DNA of 64,000 nucleotides from an uncultured Alphaproteobacteria bacterium (GCA_949156565.1 CASCZI010000002.1:100611-164610); one strand, 5' to 3'; positions 37,791 through 48,638 are shown, numbered from the stretch's first letter. The notes: generated by a model not told the origin, from the sequence alone. Translations and numbers: made by a program.

Positions 37791-38881
37791 TACGCAAATT
37801 TTAATAACACCAACGCCAATCCCGAAAACAAAATGGCCAAGATAAAGAATCGTTCCACAATTTTGGTTTCCGGCCATCCCAATTCTTCGAAATGATGATG
37901 CAACGGTGCCCGACGAAATACCCGCCGTCCCGTACCGGTCAAATGACGTGTCGCCTTGAAATACATCGTCTGAACAAACGATGATAACAGGATCAAGACC
38001 ATCATCCCCGCGGCAATTCCCATAATAATTTCAGATTTTAGCAGCATCGCCACCGTTCCCATAAATCCCCCCAACGCCAACGATCCCACGTCACCCATAA
38101 ATATGGACGCCGGCTTTGAATTATACCATAAAAACCCAAGCACCGCCCCAAATGCCGCGCCCAACGGCGCGTACAGCCCACTGGCGCCCGGCAAAAACAT
38201 AACCGTATCCATAAATCCGATACGTGTCGCCCCGTACAATGCGACAACCAACACCACCAGCACCGGCAAATATAATTTCGATAACTGGGAATCCAGACCA
38301 TCGGTAATGTTCGCCGCGTTCGCCGCACCCGCAATCACGAAATAGGCAAAGATATAATACAACACCATCCCCAATGGCAATAATATCCCCGACCCAATCG
38401 CCAAAGAATATTCGGGAATATACGGCGGCATGGTCCAATTAATCAATGTCGCCAATATTAAAACACATCCGGCCTCTAACCCCAGACGTAACAGGGGGGT
38501 TAACCCATTGCTCGATTTTTTAGATTGGGACGTCACTTTTTTATAATCGTCGGCAAACCCAATTAATGCAAACATGACCAAAGATAATATCGCGATCCAT
38601 GCATCCGCACTGCGTATCGGCATAAACAAGATCGACGACACAATAATCGCCCCCAGTACCAGAATCCCCCCCATGGTTGGGGTCCCAGCCTTTTGACGAT
38701 GGGACGCCGGGACGTTTTCACTGATGGGTTGCCCCATCCCTTGAAACCGACGCATGGCCCGAATAAATGGCCGACCCGCCAACATCATCATGACAAATGC
38801 CAATCCAAATGACGCCGCAAATTGGGCCCACCCACTGGCAAAAAATGTAAAACCGTGCGATAAAAATAACTGGCTTAGCAT
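37790..38881 (-). CDS. mraY: phospho-N-acetylmuramoyl-pentapeptide transferase
   Basis: A 363-aa 10-TM protein carrying MraY motifs (DDYKK, GLDS-like, NAANITDGLDSQ). Confidence 0.92.
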   Translation of the reverse strand: MLSQLFLSHGFTFFASGWAQFAASFGLAFVMMMLAGRPFIRAMRRFQGMGQPISENVPASHRQKAGTPTMGGILVLGAIIVSSILFMPIRSADAWIAILSLVMFALIGFADDYKKVTSQSKKSSNGLTPLLRLGLEAGCVLILATLINWTMPPYIPEYSLAIGSGILLPLGMVLYYIFAYFVIAGAANAANITDGLDSQLSKLYLPVLVVLVVALYGATRIGFMDTVMFLPGASGLYAPLGAAFGAVLGFLWYNSKPASIFMGDVGSLALGGFMGTVAMLLKSEIIMGIAAGMMVLILLSSFVQTMYFKATRHLTGTGRRVFRRAPLHHHFEELGWPETKIVERFFILAILFSGLALVLLKFA

Positions 38882-38940
38882 GATAAATCCTTTCTATACC
38901 TTGCCCTTTATTTTACCACAAAAATTTTTGAAAAAAACCG

Positions 38941-39243
38941 TTATTTCACATCACAAGGGGTGATGTTGTCATCATCCAAGATTAAAATCCATTCATCGCC
39001 CTTGGACCACAAGGTCACCGGAATATCATTCAATACCCCGTCATATTTGGCCCCAGACGCCGATACAGCCCGCCCCAGCGTTACCGCATCCCCGTTAATG
39101 ACGGCCGTTATCGTTTCCCCATCCGCCGCCGGTTGGATATCAACCATGTATGCCCCACATTGATGCACCGGCCGCACCGGCACCGGTTGATCGCACCCAG
39201 ACATACAAAATGCCACCAACACCCACATAATCCATTGTCGCAT
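38941..39243 (-). CDS. MliC/PliC-family lysozyme-inhibitor-like lipoprotein
   Basis: Start at MRQWIMWVLVAFCMSGC, giving a lipobox. It carries an SASGAKYDG motif and a C-terminal Cys, as in MliC. Confidence 0.5.
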   Translation of the reverse strand: MRQWIMWVLVAFCMSGCDQPVPVRPVHQCGAYMVDIQPAADGETITAVINGDAVTLGRAVSASGAKYDGVLNDIPVTLWSKGDEWILILDDDNITPCDVK

Positions 39244-39262
39244 ATATTGTCCCCCCATTGAT

Positions 39263-41311
39263 TTAAAAAATCCCCCCAACACGCGCATCAGACGCCGCCT
39301 GAACCTTTTTCGGGGCGGGATTGGGTGATTGGCCATCTTTAAATACTTCGGTAATAATCATGCCATCTGGATCATCGGTGGCGGATGCCCCACTGCGCCG
39401 GTTAACCCGCATAAATGTTAAACCCGATGGCACCGCAAAGGGTTGATTTTTTTCATCCCGCAGCGCGGTTTTCATGAAATCTGCAAACACACGGGCGGCC
39501 ATATGACTGCCGGCGCCACGTCCCAATGGACGGGGGGTATCAAACCCAAGATACACACCCGCAATCAAATTCTTTGAAAATCCGACAAACCATACATCCT
39601 TGACCTCGTTCGTGGTGCCGGTCTTGCCGGCAATGGTGTGACCGGGAACCCGTGCCTGTTTCCCCGTACCGCGTTCAACCGCCCCCTGCAGAATCGAAAC
39701 CATTTGATACAAACTCTGATCATCGGACAAGGGTTGGTTTTCCATCGTTCCCCGCGGGGGTGTCAACCCATCTTGCCATGGGATCATCTCATGCCCCGCC
39801 CCACCCAAAACATGGCCATAGCGATCTTCGATATAATCGACCATTTTGGGTTCAATCGCGCGACCACCATTGGCAAATGCCGCATACCCCAACACCAATT
39901 TTTCCAATGTCGTTTCCCCCGACCCCAATGCCATCGATAAATTAATATTGGGCATATCCGTGGGATAAACACCAAATCGTTGGGCCACAGAAATAGCCTT
40001 TTCTGCACCAATTTTTTCAACCAAGCGCACACTGGGGACATTTCGTGATGTTTCCAGCGAAAGACGCAACGGCAAATCCCCCAGGAATTTTTTATCATAA
40101 TTTTCCGGTTTCCACATCGTGTCATCGGCACGCCATCCCACAATCGGCGCATCCAATAATAATGTTGTGGGTGACATCCCCGATTCCAATCCCGCCAGAT
40201 AAACAAACGGCTTGATCGTACTGCCGATTTGACGACGGGCCTGGGTTGCACGATTAAACGAACTGTCACTAAATGACCGGCCCCCGGCCATCGCCACAAT
40301 ACGCCCCGTGTGGGGATTCATGGCAATGATCGCGCCCTGTAATGGTTGATCGGCATCGGGATGCGCGGCGTTATAGGCATCCAGTTCTTTGGCCAATGCC
40401 GCCGATGCCGCCCGCTGTAATTGGGGAACAATTGTCGTTTTAATATACAGACCGTCGTTATAAAGAACCTCGCGCCCTAAATCAGTCAATAATTGCCGGC
40501 GCACATCTTCGGCAAAATATTGAAATTCTGGTTCCATCTGGGCGGTAAATCCACTGTTGATATTTAATTCTTCGGCGGCGGCCACGGCCGCTTCGTCGGG
40601 GGTAATATATCCTTCTTCGACCATACGACGCAGGACATAGTTCCGACGTTCCACCGCACGATCACGATTATTGGGTGCCTTGGGCAATGATGCCAAAAAT
40701 GCACACTCACTAAGGGTTAATTCCGACACCTTTTTATTAAAATACATCAACGATGCCGACCCAACGCCATACGCACGGGCCCCCAAGAAAATTTGATTGA
40801 GATAAAGAGTTAAAATATGTTGCTTTGAAAATGCACGTTCCAACCGCAGGGCCAAAATCGCTTCCTTTATCTTACGCGACAGGGTTTGTTTCGACGAAAG
40901 AAAGAAATTCTTGGCCACTTGCTGGGTAATGGTGGATGCCCCAGAAAATCCCACCTTGAACCCCAATACGCGGGCCGCATTCCCCGCCGCCGCACGGGCA
41001 ATACCCATAACATCAATTCCCGGATGGGTCCAAAAATTCTGATCTTCGGCGGCAATAAATGCATTCACCAACTGCTGTGGCATATCCCCCAGATCGATAA
41101 ACACCCGCCGTTCGGCCGCATATTCAATCAACAATGACCCGTCTGATGCATATAAACGTGTGGCCACCGGTGGCGCATACGTCGCCAAACGACGATAATC
41201 GGGTAAATCATTACCATAAATCAAAACCAATGCCGCCAACGCCCCCACCGCCGCGGTCAAGGCCCAGAAAACCATATTAATAAAAATGCGCCAAAATTTC
41301 TTAACGGTCAT
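39263..41311 (-). CDS. mrcA: penicillin-binding protein 1A (bifunctional transglycosylase/transpeptidase)
   Basis: An N-terminal TM helix and a GT51 domain (EDQNFWTHPGID). A transpeptidase domain (STIKP, SxN, KTGT) follows. Confidence 0.88.
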   Translation of the reverse strand: MTVKKFWRIFINMVFWALTAAVGALAALVLIYGNDLPDYRRLATYAPPVATRLYASDGSLLIEYAAERRVFIDLGDMPQQLVNAFIAAEDQNFWTHPGIDVMGIARAAAGNAARVLGFKVGFSGASTITQQVAKNFFLSSKQTLSRKIKEAILALRLERAFSKQHILTLYLNQIFLGARAYGVGSASLMYFNKKVSELTLSECAFLASLPKAPNNRDRAVERRNYVLRRMVEEGYITPDEAAVAAAEELNINSGFTAQMEPEFQYFAEDVRRQLLTDLGREVLYNDGLYIKTTIVPQLQRAASAALAKELDAYNAAHPDADQPLQGAIIAMNPHTGRIVAMAGGRSFSDSSFNRATQARRQIGSTIKPFVYLAGLESGMSPTTLLLDAPIVGWRADDTMWKPENYDKKFLGDLPLRLSLETSRNVPSVRLVEKIGAEKAISVAQRFGVYPTDMPNINLSMALGSGETTLEKLVLGYAAFANGGRAIEPKMVDYIEDRYGHVLGGAGHEMIPWQDGLTPPRGTMENQPLSDDQSLYQMVSILQGAVERGTGKQARVPGHTIAGKTGTTNEVKDVWFVGFSKNLIAGVYLGFDTPRPLGRGAGSHMAARVFADFMKTALRDEKNQPFAVPSGLTFMRVNRRSGASATDDPDGMIITEVFKDGQSPNPAPKKVQAASDARVGGIF

Positions 41312-41361
41312 AATATCCCCCAGGATAAAACAATTCCCCCCCGAACGCAAGTATCGGCCAA

Positions 41362-42645
41362 TTATTTTTTACCCCCGCCAATCCCACGCAGATTTTTCCA
41401 TCCCTTACGCGTGGTGTCCCATAATTTTTTCAAATCGCCCCCCAACTGTTTGCTGATATTTTCTTTGACACTGCCGCCCAAATCTGTGGCCAATTTTTCG
41501 GCCCGCGTCACCATATATGCCGCCAAGAACCCCACCAACAACGTGACCATCCCATCGCCTTGATTAATTATTGGCATGCCATTTCCATCAAAATGTATCA
41601 CAAATCCCATCAACGCCGCCGCAACCGCAACAACCATGGCCAAGGATATAAAATAAATCGACGCATCAATAAATCGTCCCAACTGGGTCGTTAGGTTTTC
41701 TGACTTGAAAATCCCCATAAACCCATTGAATATATCCCCGGCAATCCCTTTGTAATTGGTTTTCGTAACCGTTTCTGCCACCGCGGTAAACGGTAACATG
41801 AACAAGGCCAAAAACAATTCGGCAATGACCCCCAACGCCATCAATGTAAATTTCCATATATTAAATACAAAAACAAATACCATGGCCGCCCCGACGACAA
41901 ATCCCGTCACACTGTGCCCGATCCCCCCAATCATCCAACGCCATCCGGTTGCAATCGCGGTATAGAAAAATCCAGTAATCCGGGTTGGCAAACACATCAA
42001 ATCTGCCGCCGTACCGGCGTCCAGGATTAATCCATCCCCGGCATTGGCCACAACATATTGATGGACCGCCGCACACGTATCGGGCAATGTCACACCCGCG
42101 GTTTGCGTCACCGCCCCTAAAATCAAATCGGCCATATATGATCCAAACATCACGATCGGCGTCACAATCCATACAAACAACCGCGCCGGCCCCACATTTA
42201 AGATCATAATCCAGACCGTAATCAATATCCCCCGGGTAAAAATCTTTTGAACCAAATCCCATGCTTTTTGTCCATCGCGCATCATTTGATACGTATCAAA
42301 CATGATCCAAAATGCATATGCAATAATGATAAACATGATCATAAACCGGACCAACGAACTTTCCAATATTTCCCCAATTAATGACATCGCCCCCACAAAG
42401 GCCAAACCAATACGTGCCTCTGGCGGGACAAAGCCCGGTGTCCGATATGAATCTTGGATGGAACCTGAAAATGCGGCCATATCATGGGATAAATTTTGTG
42501 TAAACGCGGCCGCATTGTGTTCGGTCATCCATGTTCCATAATCCCCAATATCGCCCGGCGTGGTGGGGGTGGCACCCCACACCGGCGTGGCCATCAATGC
42601 CACCGCCATTACAATTGCCCGAATAAAATGACACAAACGGTGCAT
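41362..42645 (-). CDS. VirB6/TrbL-like polytopic membrane protein, paralog 1
   Basis: A 427-aa protein with a signal peptide, about 6-8 TM helices, a central loop bearing a Cys pair, and a Gly/Lys-rich C-terminal tail. It is one of five paralogs. Confidence 0.45.
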   Translation of the reverse strand: MHRLCHFIRAIVMAVALMATPVWGATPTTPGDIGDYGTWMTEHNAAAFTQNLSHDMAAFSGSIQDSYRTPGFVPPEARIGLAFVGAMSLIGEILESSLVRFMIMFIIIAYAFWIMFDTYQMMRDGQKAWDLVQKIFTRGILITVWIMILNVGPARLFVWIVTPIVMFGSYMADLILGAVTQTAGVTLPDTCAAVHQYVVANAGDGLILDAGTAADLMCLPTRITGFFYTAIATGWRWMIGGIGHSVTGFVVGAAMVFVFVFNIWKFTLMALGVIAELFLALFMLPFTAVAETVTKTNYKGIAGDIFNGFMGIFKSENLTTQLGRFIDASIYFISLAMVVAVAAALMGFVIHFDGNGMPIINQGDGMVTLLVGFLAAYMVTRAEKLATDLGGSVKENISKQLGGDLKKLWDTTRKGWKNLRGIGGGKK

Positions 42646-42651
42646 GACGCC

Positions 42652-44088
42652 TTACTCCTTGCCACCAATGGCTTTGGAAATCCGTACCACAACATTCTGG
42701 GGGATTGCCCAAATCTTTTTCCCCAATTCTTTGACCGCCCCACCGAAATCAAAGCTTTGGGATGATTTCTTGGCCAAAATCCCATCAACCTTGGGATTAA
42801 CCACGTAAAAGTAAAGCAAACACAACCCCACCATCACCATCAAGAAATCCCATCCATCATCCAAGAAATCGAACGCCCCCGGATATCGACGTTCCACCAT
42901 TGTTTTTTGTGTGTTAAAACATTGACGAAACGCATCTGCATCCATTTCACCCGATTGCAATCCCACCTGTTCACATGTGGAAAAGACATGATGAATGGCC
43001 ATTGTTTGGGCATCTGAATGAACCGGCCCCGATATACCCATTAATGGGGGCATAATGGCACTGTACCCATCACGTGGACCGGGCATTGTCATATCCGCCG
43101 CATAGGATATGGTTGCATATATAATCAAAATCTTTAACGTGATTGCCACAATTTGAACCGCGGCATTAAACAACATTTCGACGGCATTCTTTACCAACCC
43201 ATCGGCCAATTTCCACGTTCCTTCGAACGCACTGGCCGCCAAGAGTAACGGCATAAATATAATCACAAAGATTAATCTAAACACAACCGAAAGAACCTGG
43301 AAAAACAAATTAAACCCAATCATCAAGAAAATTATCACCAATGCCAATCCTGCAACCCATGTCATGGCCCCACCACCCATGCCCAACCATGCATAATTCA
43401 TCAATGAAAATCCCGCCGCCGCACCGGCCAACATCACGGTATTTAAATTTCCCATAACACACATAAACGGCCGCAACACAGGATTAAGAACATCGTCACT
43501 TTCCCCAGACATGGGACATGCCGCCGCCGATTCAACACCCGTTGCCGCCATGGCCAATTCAGATCCCACAAACATAACCGGCGCCACCGTGATATTGGTC
43601 ACCACACGTAACGCGCCCGTCCCCCCCATCCCCAGGGTCCCCATCAGCACCCCCACAATCATCACACGCGACCCGAGTTTCCATACCTTGTCCACCCACG
43701 GGGCCAATTCTATTTTACGTTCTTTGTCATCGGGATTGGCCGCCGCAACGGCCGCATCGTAAATGTATTTCGCACTATAGAGAAACAGCCATACCCCAAA
43801 CCCAATCGCCAACACAATCCACAAATGATCGACAATCGCGGTCCAAAACATTTCGGTCCCGGCCCCGATCGCCCCAAACAATTTTTCAATATACCCACAC
43901 AAGAAACATCCATTGACCGATGCAATATCACCATCACCCACCCCAATGGCACGCAGAAATCCCGGCAAACTGGTGTACGTCAAACTGGCCCCACCAATCG
44001 ATGACGACAGATACCATATCCCCACCCCCAGCGCAATCGCCGCAAACAAAAAACGCACGGCAATAATGATTATCTTGGCCTTGAACAT
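42652..44088 (-). CDS. VirB6/TrbL-like polytopic membrane protein, paralog 2
   Basis: A 478-aa protein with the same architecture: a central loop Cys pair, an FxxxFMP proline helix, and a basic tail. Confidence 0.45.
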   Translation of the reverse strand: MFKAKIIIIAVRFLFAAIALGVGIWYLSSSIGGASLTYTSLPGFLRAIGVGDGDIASVNGCFLCGYIEKLFGAIGAGTEMFWTAIVDHLWIVLAIGFGVWLFLYSAKYIYDAAVAAANPDDKERKIELAPWVDKVWKLGSRVMIVGVLMGTLGMGGTGALRVVTNITVAPVMFVGSELAMAATGVESAAACPMSGESDDVLNPVLRPFMCVMGNLNTVMLAGAAAGFSLMNYAWLGMGGGAMTWVAGLALVIIFLMIGFNLFFQVLSVVFRLIFVIIFMPLLLAASAFEGTWKLADGLVKNAVEMLFNAAVQIVAITLKILIIYATISYAADMTMPGPRDGYSAIMPPLMGISGPVHSDAQTMAIHHVFSTCEQVGLQSGEMDADAFRQCFNTQKTMVERRYPGAFDFLDDGWDFLMVMVGLCLLYFYVVNPKVDGILAKKSSQSFDFGGAVKELGKKIWAIPQNVVVRISKAIGGKE

Positions 44089-45327
44089 TTATTGTGCGCC
44101 CCCATCTTTGGATGTATCTTTTTTCTGGGTTGCGTCACCCGATTTTTTCGCATCCGCGCCGGCATCACCCAAAATTGTTTGTCCCAATTGCTTGGTCGCC
44201 CCAACCAGTGTCTTGGTTAATTGCCCCGCATCATTGGCCAAACCTTTGCTAATTTTGGTTTCGGTTCCAACATCAAATGCCCCCAGAACCATTTTCGTCA
44301 CATCGGGAACCATTGATATCAAGAAATTTACCACATACACCAACACCACCGCCCCCATCAGGGTGACCCCCGCCAAGTTTTCATCACTTAAATCCGACGC
44401 CAACACCGTACCCGATGTAATTTTTCCCATTAAATCGACGCCACCCGCATCCGCGCCCCCAAAGAATTTGGCAATCAAAACCATCGCCACGGTATATGTT
44501 AATACCGCCGCACCCAACGCGACAATTGCATTAATCACTTTTTTAATCTGATCTGTCCCCATCTTTTTCCCATAATTTTTCATCCAATCGGGCGCGTCTG
44601 ATTGACGGAATGCGAACAGCGCCAACGACAATGGAAAGAAAAACGCAAAATACGTCATGGCCACAATTATATCGGCAAAATAAAAACAATACCGCACAAA
44701 TAATTTAAAGAATCCATACACCAGATATAACCCAATAAAAAACATCATTACGTGTTTAATAAATGCACCAATTCCCCCCAACGCCCCCCACGAAAACGCC
44801 GCATCCATCACCGCCAGGCCCAATTTAACATACGCCTGAAATTGGGTGACCGTGGTTTTCATAAGCATAATGATCCGATCGCGCAATTGGGGCCGATAAA
44901 ATCCGTCGTCACCCATTGGCATCGGCGTATAATCCACCCGCGCATCAACCGCATCATCGGTCATACCCGACACCACCTGAGTATAACGCAGGGTAATTTC
45001 CGCCACCGGTTCAAATGTAATCGATGTCACAACACGGGGCACGACCACCCCCATAGCCAATAATGTTAACGCCACCAGCGCACTGATCAGAACGGGTTGA
45101 ACCGATTTTTTATAAAACGGGTCTTTGACCCCATCTTTGATATTTTTCCACACCGCATTGATGATGTAAAATGCCAACAACCCACAAAACAACACCACAC
45201 ACAACGTGGCAAATTTTCCGTACGCCGCGGCGGCCGCACCGGACACCACATTAATCAGTTTGTCAAACACCGGACATCCCCAGCATTGAACCACATGATC
45301 GACCAAAGGATTCATTGCATTATTCAT
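44089..45327 (-). CDS. VirB6/TrbL-like polytopic membrane protein, paralog 3
   Basis: A 412-aa protein with an N-terminal CWGCPVF motif (compare CWSCDMF in paralog 5), multiple TM helices, and a charged tail. Confidence 0.45.
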   Translation of the reverse strand: MNNAMNPLVDHVVQCWGCPVFDKLINVVSGAAAAAYGKFATLCVVLFCGLLAFYIINAVWKNIKDGVKDPFYKKSVQPVLISALVALTLLAMGVVVPRVVTSITFEPVAEITLRYTQVVSGMTDDAVDARVDYTPMPMGDDGFYRPQLRDRIIMLMKTTVTQFQAYVKLGLAVMDAAFSWGALGGIGAFIKHVMMFFIGLYLVYGFFKLFVRYCFYFADIIVAMTYFAFFFPLSLALFAFRQSDAPDWMKNYGKKMGTDQIKKVINAIVALGAAVLTYTVAMVLIAKFFGGADAGGVDLMGKITSGTVLASDLSDENLAGVTLMGAVVLVYVVNFLISMVPDVTKMVLGAFDVGTETKISKGLANDAGQLTKTLVGATKQLGQTILGDAGADAKKSGDATQKKDTSKDGGAQ

Positions 45328-46604
45328 TTCTTTTTCGTCAGCCCCAGTGCCCCCGTCACCCCACGTCCCATCTTTTTGATATTGCCCGCCATTTTTTTGG
45401 CATCCCCCGTCACGGCGTTATACATTTTATCCATATCCGGTGCATACTTCTTTAACTGATCACGGGTCCGTTGAAAGATTTGACCCATCAAATAAAATGT
45501 TAAAATCGCCGTCAACCACAACACCGAATGTGTACCAAATCCAAGATCCGGGGCAAGCGTGGGTACATTACCGGCGGCCATACCGTTTGTGCCCGCCACA
45601 AAAACCGATGAATCCCACCGAAACAAGGCATGAATCACCGCAACGTTAATACATAAAATAAACGCACACGCAATCATGGTAATCACCAGTTTTTGTAACG
45701 CGGTTACAATACCAGAAAACGGGGGCCAAATATCAAACCATTTATCGGGATTTTTTGGCTTTGCCACCCATGTTAAAACATTAAAGGGATATAATATTAA
45801 TGCCATGACAAAGTTAAAAATTGCCTGAATAATCAATAACGCCATAAATAAATTACATCCCACAAACGCAAAGACCAACAAAATACCCGTAATAATGTTC
45901 AGAAAATCTTCGCCCCCATGTGGAATCAATGTCGCCAATCCCCGAATACCACGATCGATAAAATCAAATCCGCGCTTGATCACCTGATTGTTGGCGTGAC
46001 TGATGTCGGCCACTGGTTGAACCAGGAATTGACATGACGACGCACTGATCCATTCATGGGATAAAACATCTGCCGGACATTCAATTTGCGGCCCGCGACC
46101 ACCGGCGACGGCGGCACTGATCCGATTGGTATAAATCGCCCCAAATTCAAGAAAAGGATTTACCAGCCATTCGGTGACAAATACCGGTCGAACCTGTAAC
46201 AAAACCAACGCCGCGATTAACCCGCGCATTAATGGACGGGCCACATTTTGTACGATCGATGTACCCGATGCCTTGCCGTCCCACATTTCACCGCCACCCG
46301 AAAATCCTAAAAATCCCAACCATGATTTCGGAATGTACATTTTCACCAAATACATCCCAATGGAAATTCCCACAAACCCATAAACCAAAATATAAACAAT
46401 TCCACCACCGTGGCCCACAAAATAATCATATGTGGCGGTCGCCACCATCATCATGGTATCCAAAATCAACGGCACAAACGGCGCCAGGTTTAAATGATCC
46501 ACAATACCCCATGCGGCATGCGCCCCCACCGGCATTATAAATGCCGCCGCGGCCAAACACGCACCGAAAAAAACCCGCCAAAAACGCGATTTAAATAAAT
46601 ACAT
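45324..46604 (-). CDS. VirB6/TrbL-like polytopic membrane protein, paralog 4
   Basis: A 426-aa protein with a signal peptide, a Cys pair in the central loop, and a KKMAGNIKKMGRG tail. It overlaps paralog 3 by 4 bp. Confidence 0.45.
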   Translation of the reverse strand: MYLFKSRFWRVFFGACLAAAAFIMPVGAHAAWGIVDHLNLAPFVPLILDTMMMVATATYDYFVGHGGGIVYILVYGFVGISIGMYLVKMYIPKSWLGFLGFSGGGEMWDGKASGTSIVQNVARPLMRGLIAALVLLQVRPVFVTEWLVNPFLEFGAIYTNRISAAVAGGRGPQIECPADVLSHEWISASSCQFLVQPVADISHANNQVIKRGFDFIDRGIRGLATLIPHGGEDFLNIITGILLVFAFVGCNLFMALLIIQAIFNFVMALILYPFNVLTWVAKPKNPDKWFDIWPPFSGIVTALQKLVITMIACAFILCINVAVIHALFRWDSSVFVAGTNGMAAGNVPTLAPDLGFGTHSVLWLTAILTFYLMGQIFQRTRDQLKKYAPDMDKMYNAVTGDAKKMAGNIKKMGRGVTGALGLTKKK

Positions 46605-46662
46605 TCTCTTTCTTTATTTCAATTATATCACATTTGATGCAAAATATGATATAGTAAAACCA

Positions 46663-47952
46663 ATGAACATCTTAAAAAAAATCTGGATCGCGATTGTCGC
46701 CATCTTGCCAGGTGCAGGATTGGCCGCCGTCCCATTTGTGGTGGGCGGGATTGCCGGATTGGGGGCGATTGCCGGATTTTCTATATATCGATCGATGGCG
46801 CCGGTTAATATGGCCGATGCCATGTCTTTTTTCTCGGCCTGTTGGTCGTGTGATATGTTTTCTGCGATTATATCGGCGATGTCAAACCTGTTGCCGGGGG
46901 TATATCATGCGTTGGGATTGGTTATTATCCCGATCGCTATTGGATTAACGGCCCTGTGGCTGGGGTGGACATTGTTGTCGGGATATTTAAATATCAAGGT
47001 GGATAACCCATTAACCATCACCACAAATCTAACGCGGCATATGATTAAATTGGCGTTTGTAATCACCTTGATGGCGGCCCCATTGCCCCGAATGATATCA
47101 ACCATCGCCATCGAACCTATTTTTAATATCGGGCTTAGTCTGAACCGTGCGGCATCGGGGGATGATGCATTTGCATCATGTATCGTGGCCACGGCCATTG
47201 CCGATCCCGCATCCATCAGTGCCGATGCCGCGAATTCTGGCGCATTTTCGCCCCATTTGCGCCACAATTTAACATGTGAAATTGCCAACGTGCATCAGAT
47301 AACAGGTCTGGGGATGACGGTGGGGTGGACCATGCTAAACATGGCATTTAATGATAAATACATGCATAAAATTATGTGGGATGTCCCCATTTTCCCGAAC
47401 GTTCCAATCTTTTTGGGGGGCTTGCTGATTCTTTTGCTGTTCTTTTTCGCTCTCTTACCGGTTCCGCTTTATTTTCTGGATGCATTGGTAACATTATCCA
47501 TGGATTTGATCATGTTGCCCCTTTTTCTGTTGGGCTGGGTATTCAAAGACTGGAAAATCATTCCCGGTGGCGGGGCCAAATCCATCCAAGAAATCATCAA
47601 TAACGCCGTCAAGGCGACGGTTGGAATCGCCCTCGTTGGGACATTTGTAACATTCGCAATCATGTTCTTAAACGCGGTATTTGGTCATTGGGACGGGGCG
47701 GCAACCCTGGGGGCGGCAATGGCACAAAATGACCCCAGTATTTTAATGGACGGCCTGATGATGCAAAACGATTCGCTGATTACGGTGGTGCTGATGGGGT
47801 TGTTTATCGCGATGTTTATGACCATGATTCCCCAACTGGTCAAGATGTTGTTTAAGGTCGAGATCAGCAGTAAAACATACGACAAAGTTAAAAAAGATTT
47901 AGAGACCCTCTGGAAAAATGTCCAGAAAATCTATGCCGGCATAAAAAAATAA
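46663..47952 (+). CDS. VirB6/TrbL-like polytopic membrane protein, paralog 5 (divergent)
   Basis: A 429-aa protein with a CWSCDMF motif, a Cys pair, and many TM helices. It is transcribed divergently from paralogs 1-4. Confidence 0.45.
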   Translation: MNILKKIWIAIVAILPGAGLAAVPFVVGGIAGLGAIAGFSIYRSMAPVNMADAMSFFSACWSCDMFSAIISAMSNLLPGVYHALGLVIIPIAIGLTALWLGWTLLSGYLNIKVDNPLTITTNLTRHMIKLAFVITLMAAPLPRMISTIAIEPIFNIGLSLNRAASGDDAFASCIVATAIADPASISADAANSGAFSPHLRHNLTCEIANVHQITGLGMTVGWTMLNMAFNDKYMHKIMWDVPIFPNVPIFLGGLLILLLFFFALLPVPLYFLDALVTLSMDLIMLPLFLLGWVFKDWKIIPGGGAKSIQEIINNAVKATVGIALVGTFVTFAIMFLNAVFGHWDGAATLGAAMAQNDPSILMDGLMMQNDSLITVVLMGLFIAMFMTMIPQLVKMLFKVEISSKTYDKVKKDLETLWKNVQKIYAGIKK

Positions 47953-48020
47953 AAAATCAAGTCCTTTATTTATTCCGGCCCCCTTTTTTATACATTTTAT
48001 TTCTGATATAATTCATAGAG

Positions 48021-48530
48021 ATGAACACGTTTCCGATTCTTTACTGGCCACGCAAGACCACCAACGATACGGATTATCTGTTGGCCCGCAAAAGTATCAG
48101 TACCGCCACCGGCGTCATGCCTGAAATCATTACCGATGATCTGGATATAGGGGGATTATTTACCGAAACACCCGGCGCGGTTGTTTATTATCCAGTATTT
48201 TGCGAATCAACCGGATGGTGGGGCGAATTATTGGGATCAGATGCCATTGTTACGGACAAAATGATCATATCACCCGAATGTCAATTAATGGTGATCCGTC
48301 ATGCCGACACGCCCGCACCACGGGGATGTAACCAATTGTTGGCCGCGGAAATTTACCCCGCCAGTGGGTTTTTCAAAAAAATGAATTCCGGGATCGCCAC
48401 GGTTGCCGATATGTTGGCCACCGACACGGGAACAATCTTGGCCCTTTTTTCTGGACGCAATCAAAATCAATTTATTCGCGTTCTGGAATCAACCGGCAAT
48501 TCATACCTGGGATGCATCGGTCGTTATTAA
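48021..48530 (+). CDS. hypothetical protein
   Basis: A 169-aa ORF with no confident motif. Confidence 0.4.
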   Translation: MNTFPILYWPRKTTNDTDYLLARKSISTATGVMPEIITDDLDIGGLFTETPGAVVYYPVFCESTGWWGELLGSDAIVTDKMIISPECQLMVIRHADTPAPRGCNQLLAAEIYPASGFFKKMNSGIATVADMLATDTGTILALFSGRNQNQFIRVLESTGNSYLGCIGRY

Positions 48531-48638
48531 TTCGTGGGGCACGCCCCCCTTTTTAATAATGCTTGCTTTCCAGAAAATTCAATGTATAATTTACGAGTTT
48601 AAAATTAAGTTAACCGAAATATTCAAAAGGCTAAAATT

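Noticed and set aside
48531-48560. Weak hairpin GGGGCACGCCCC plus T-run after ORF 48021-48530
   Set aside because: The stem is only 4 bp with a short T tract, too weak to call a terminator with confidence.
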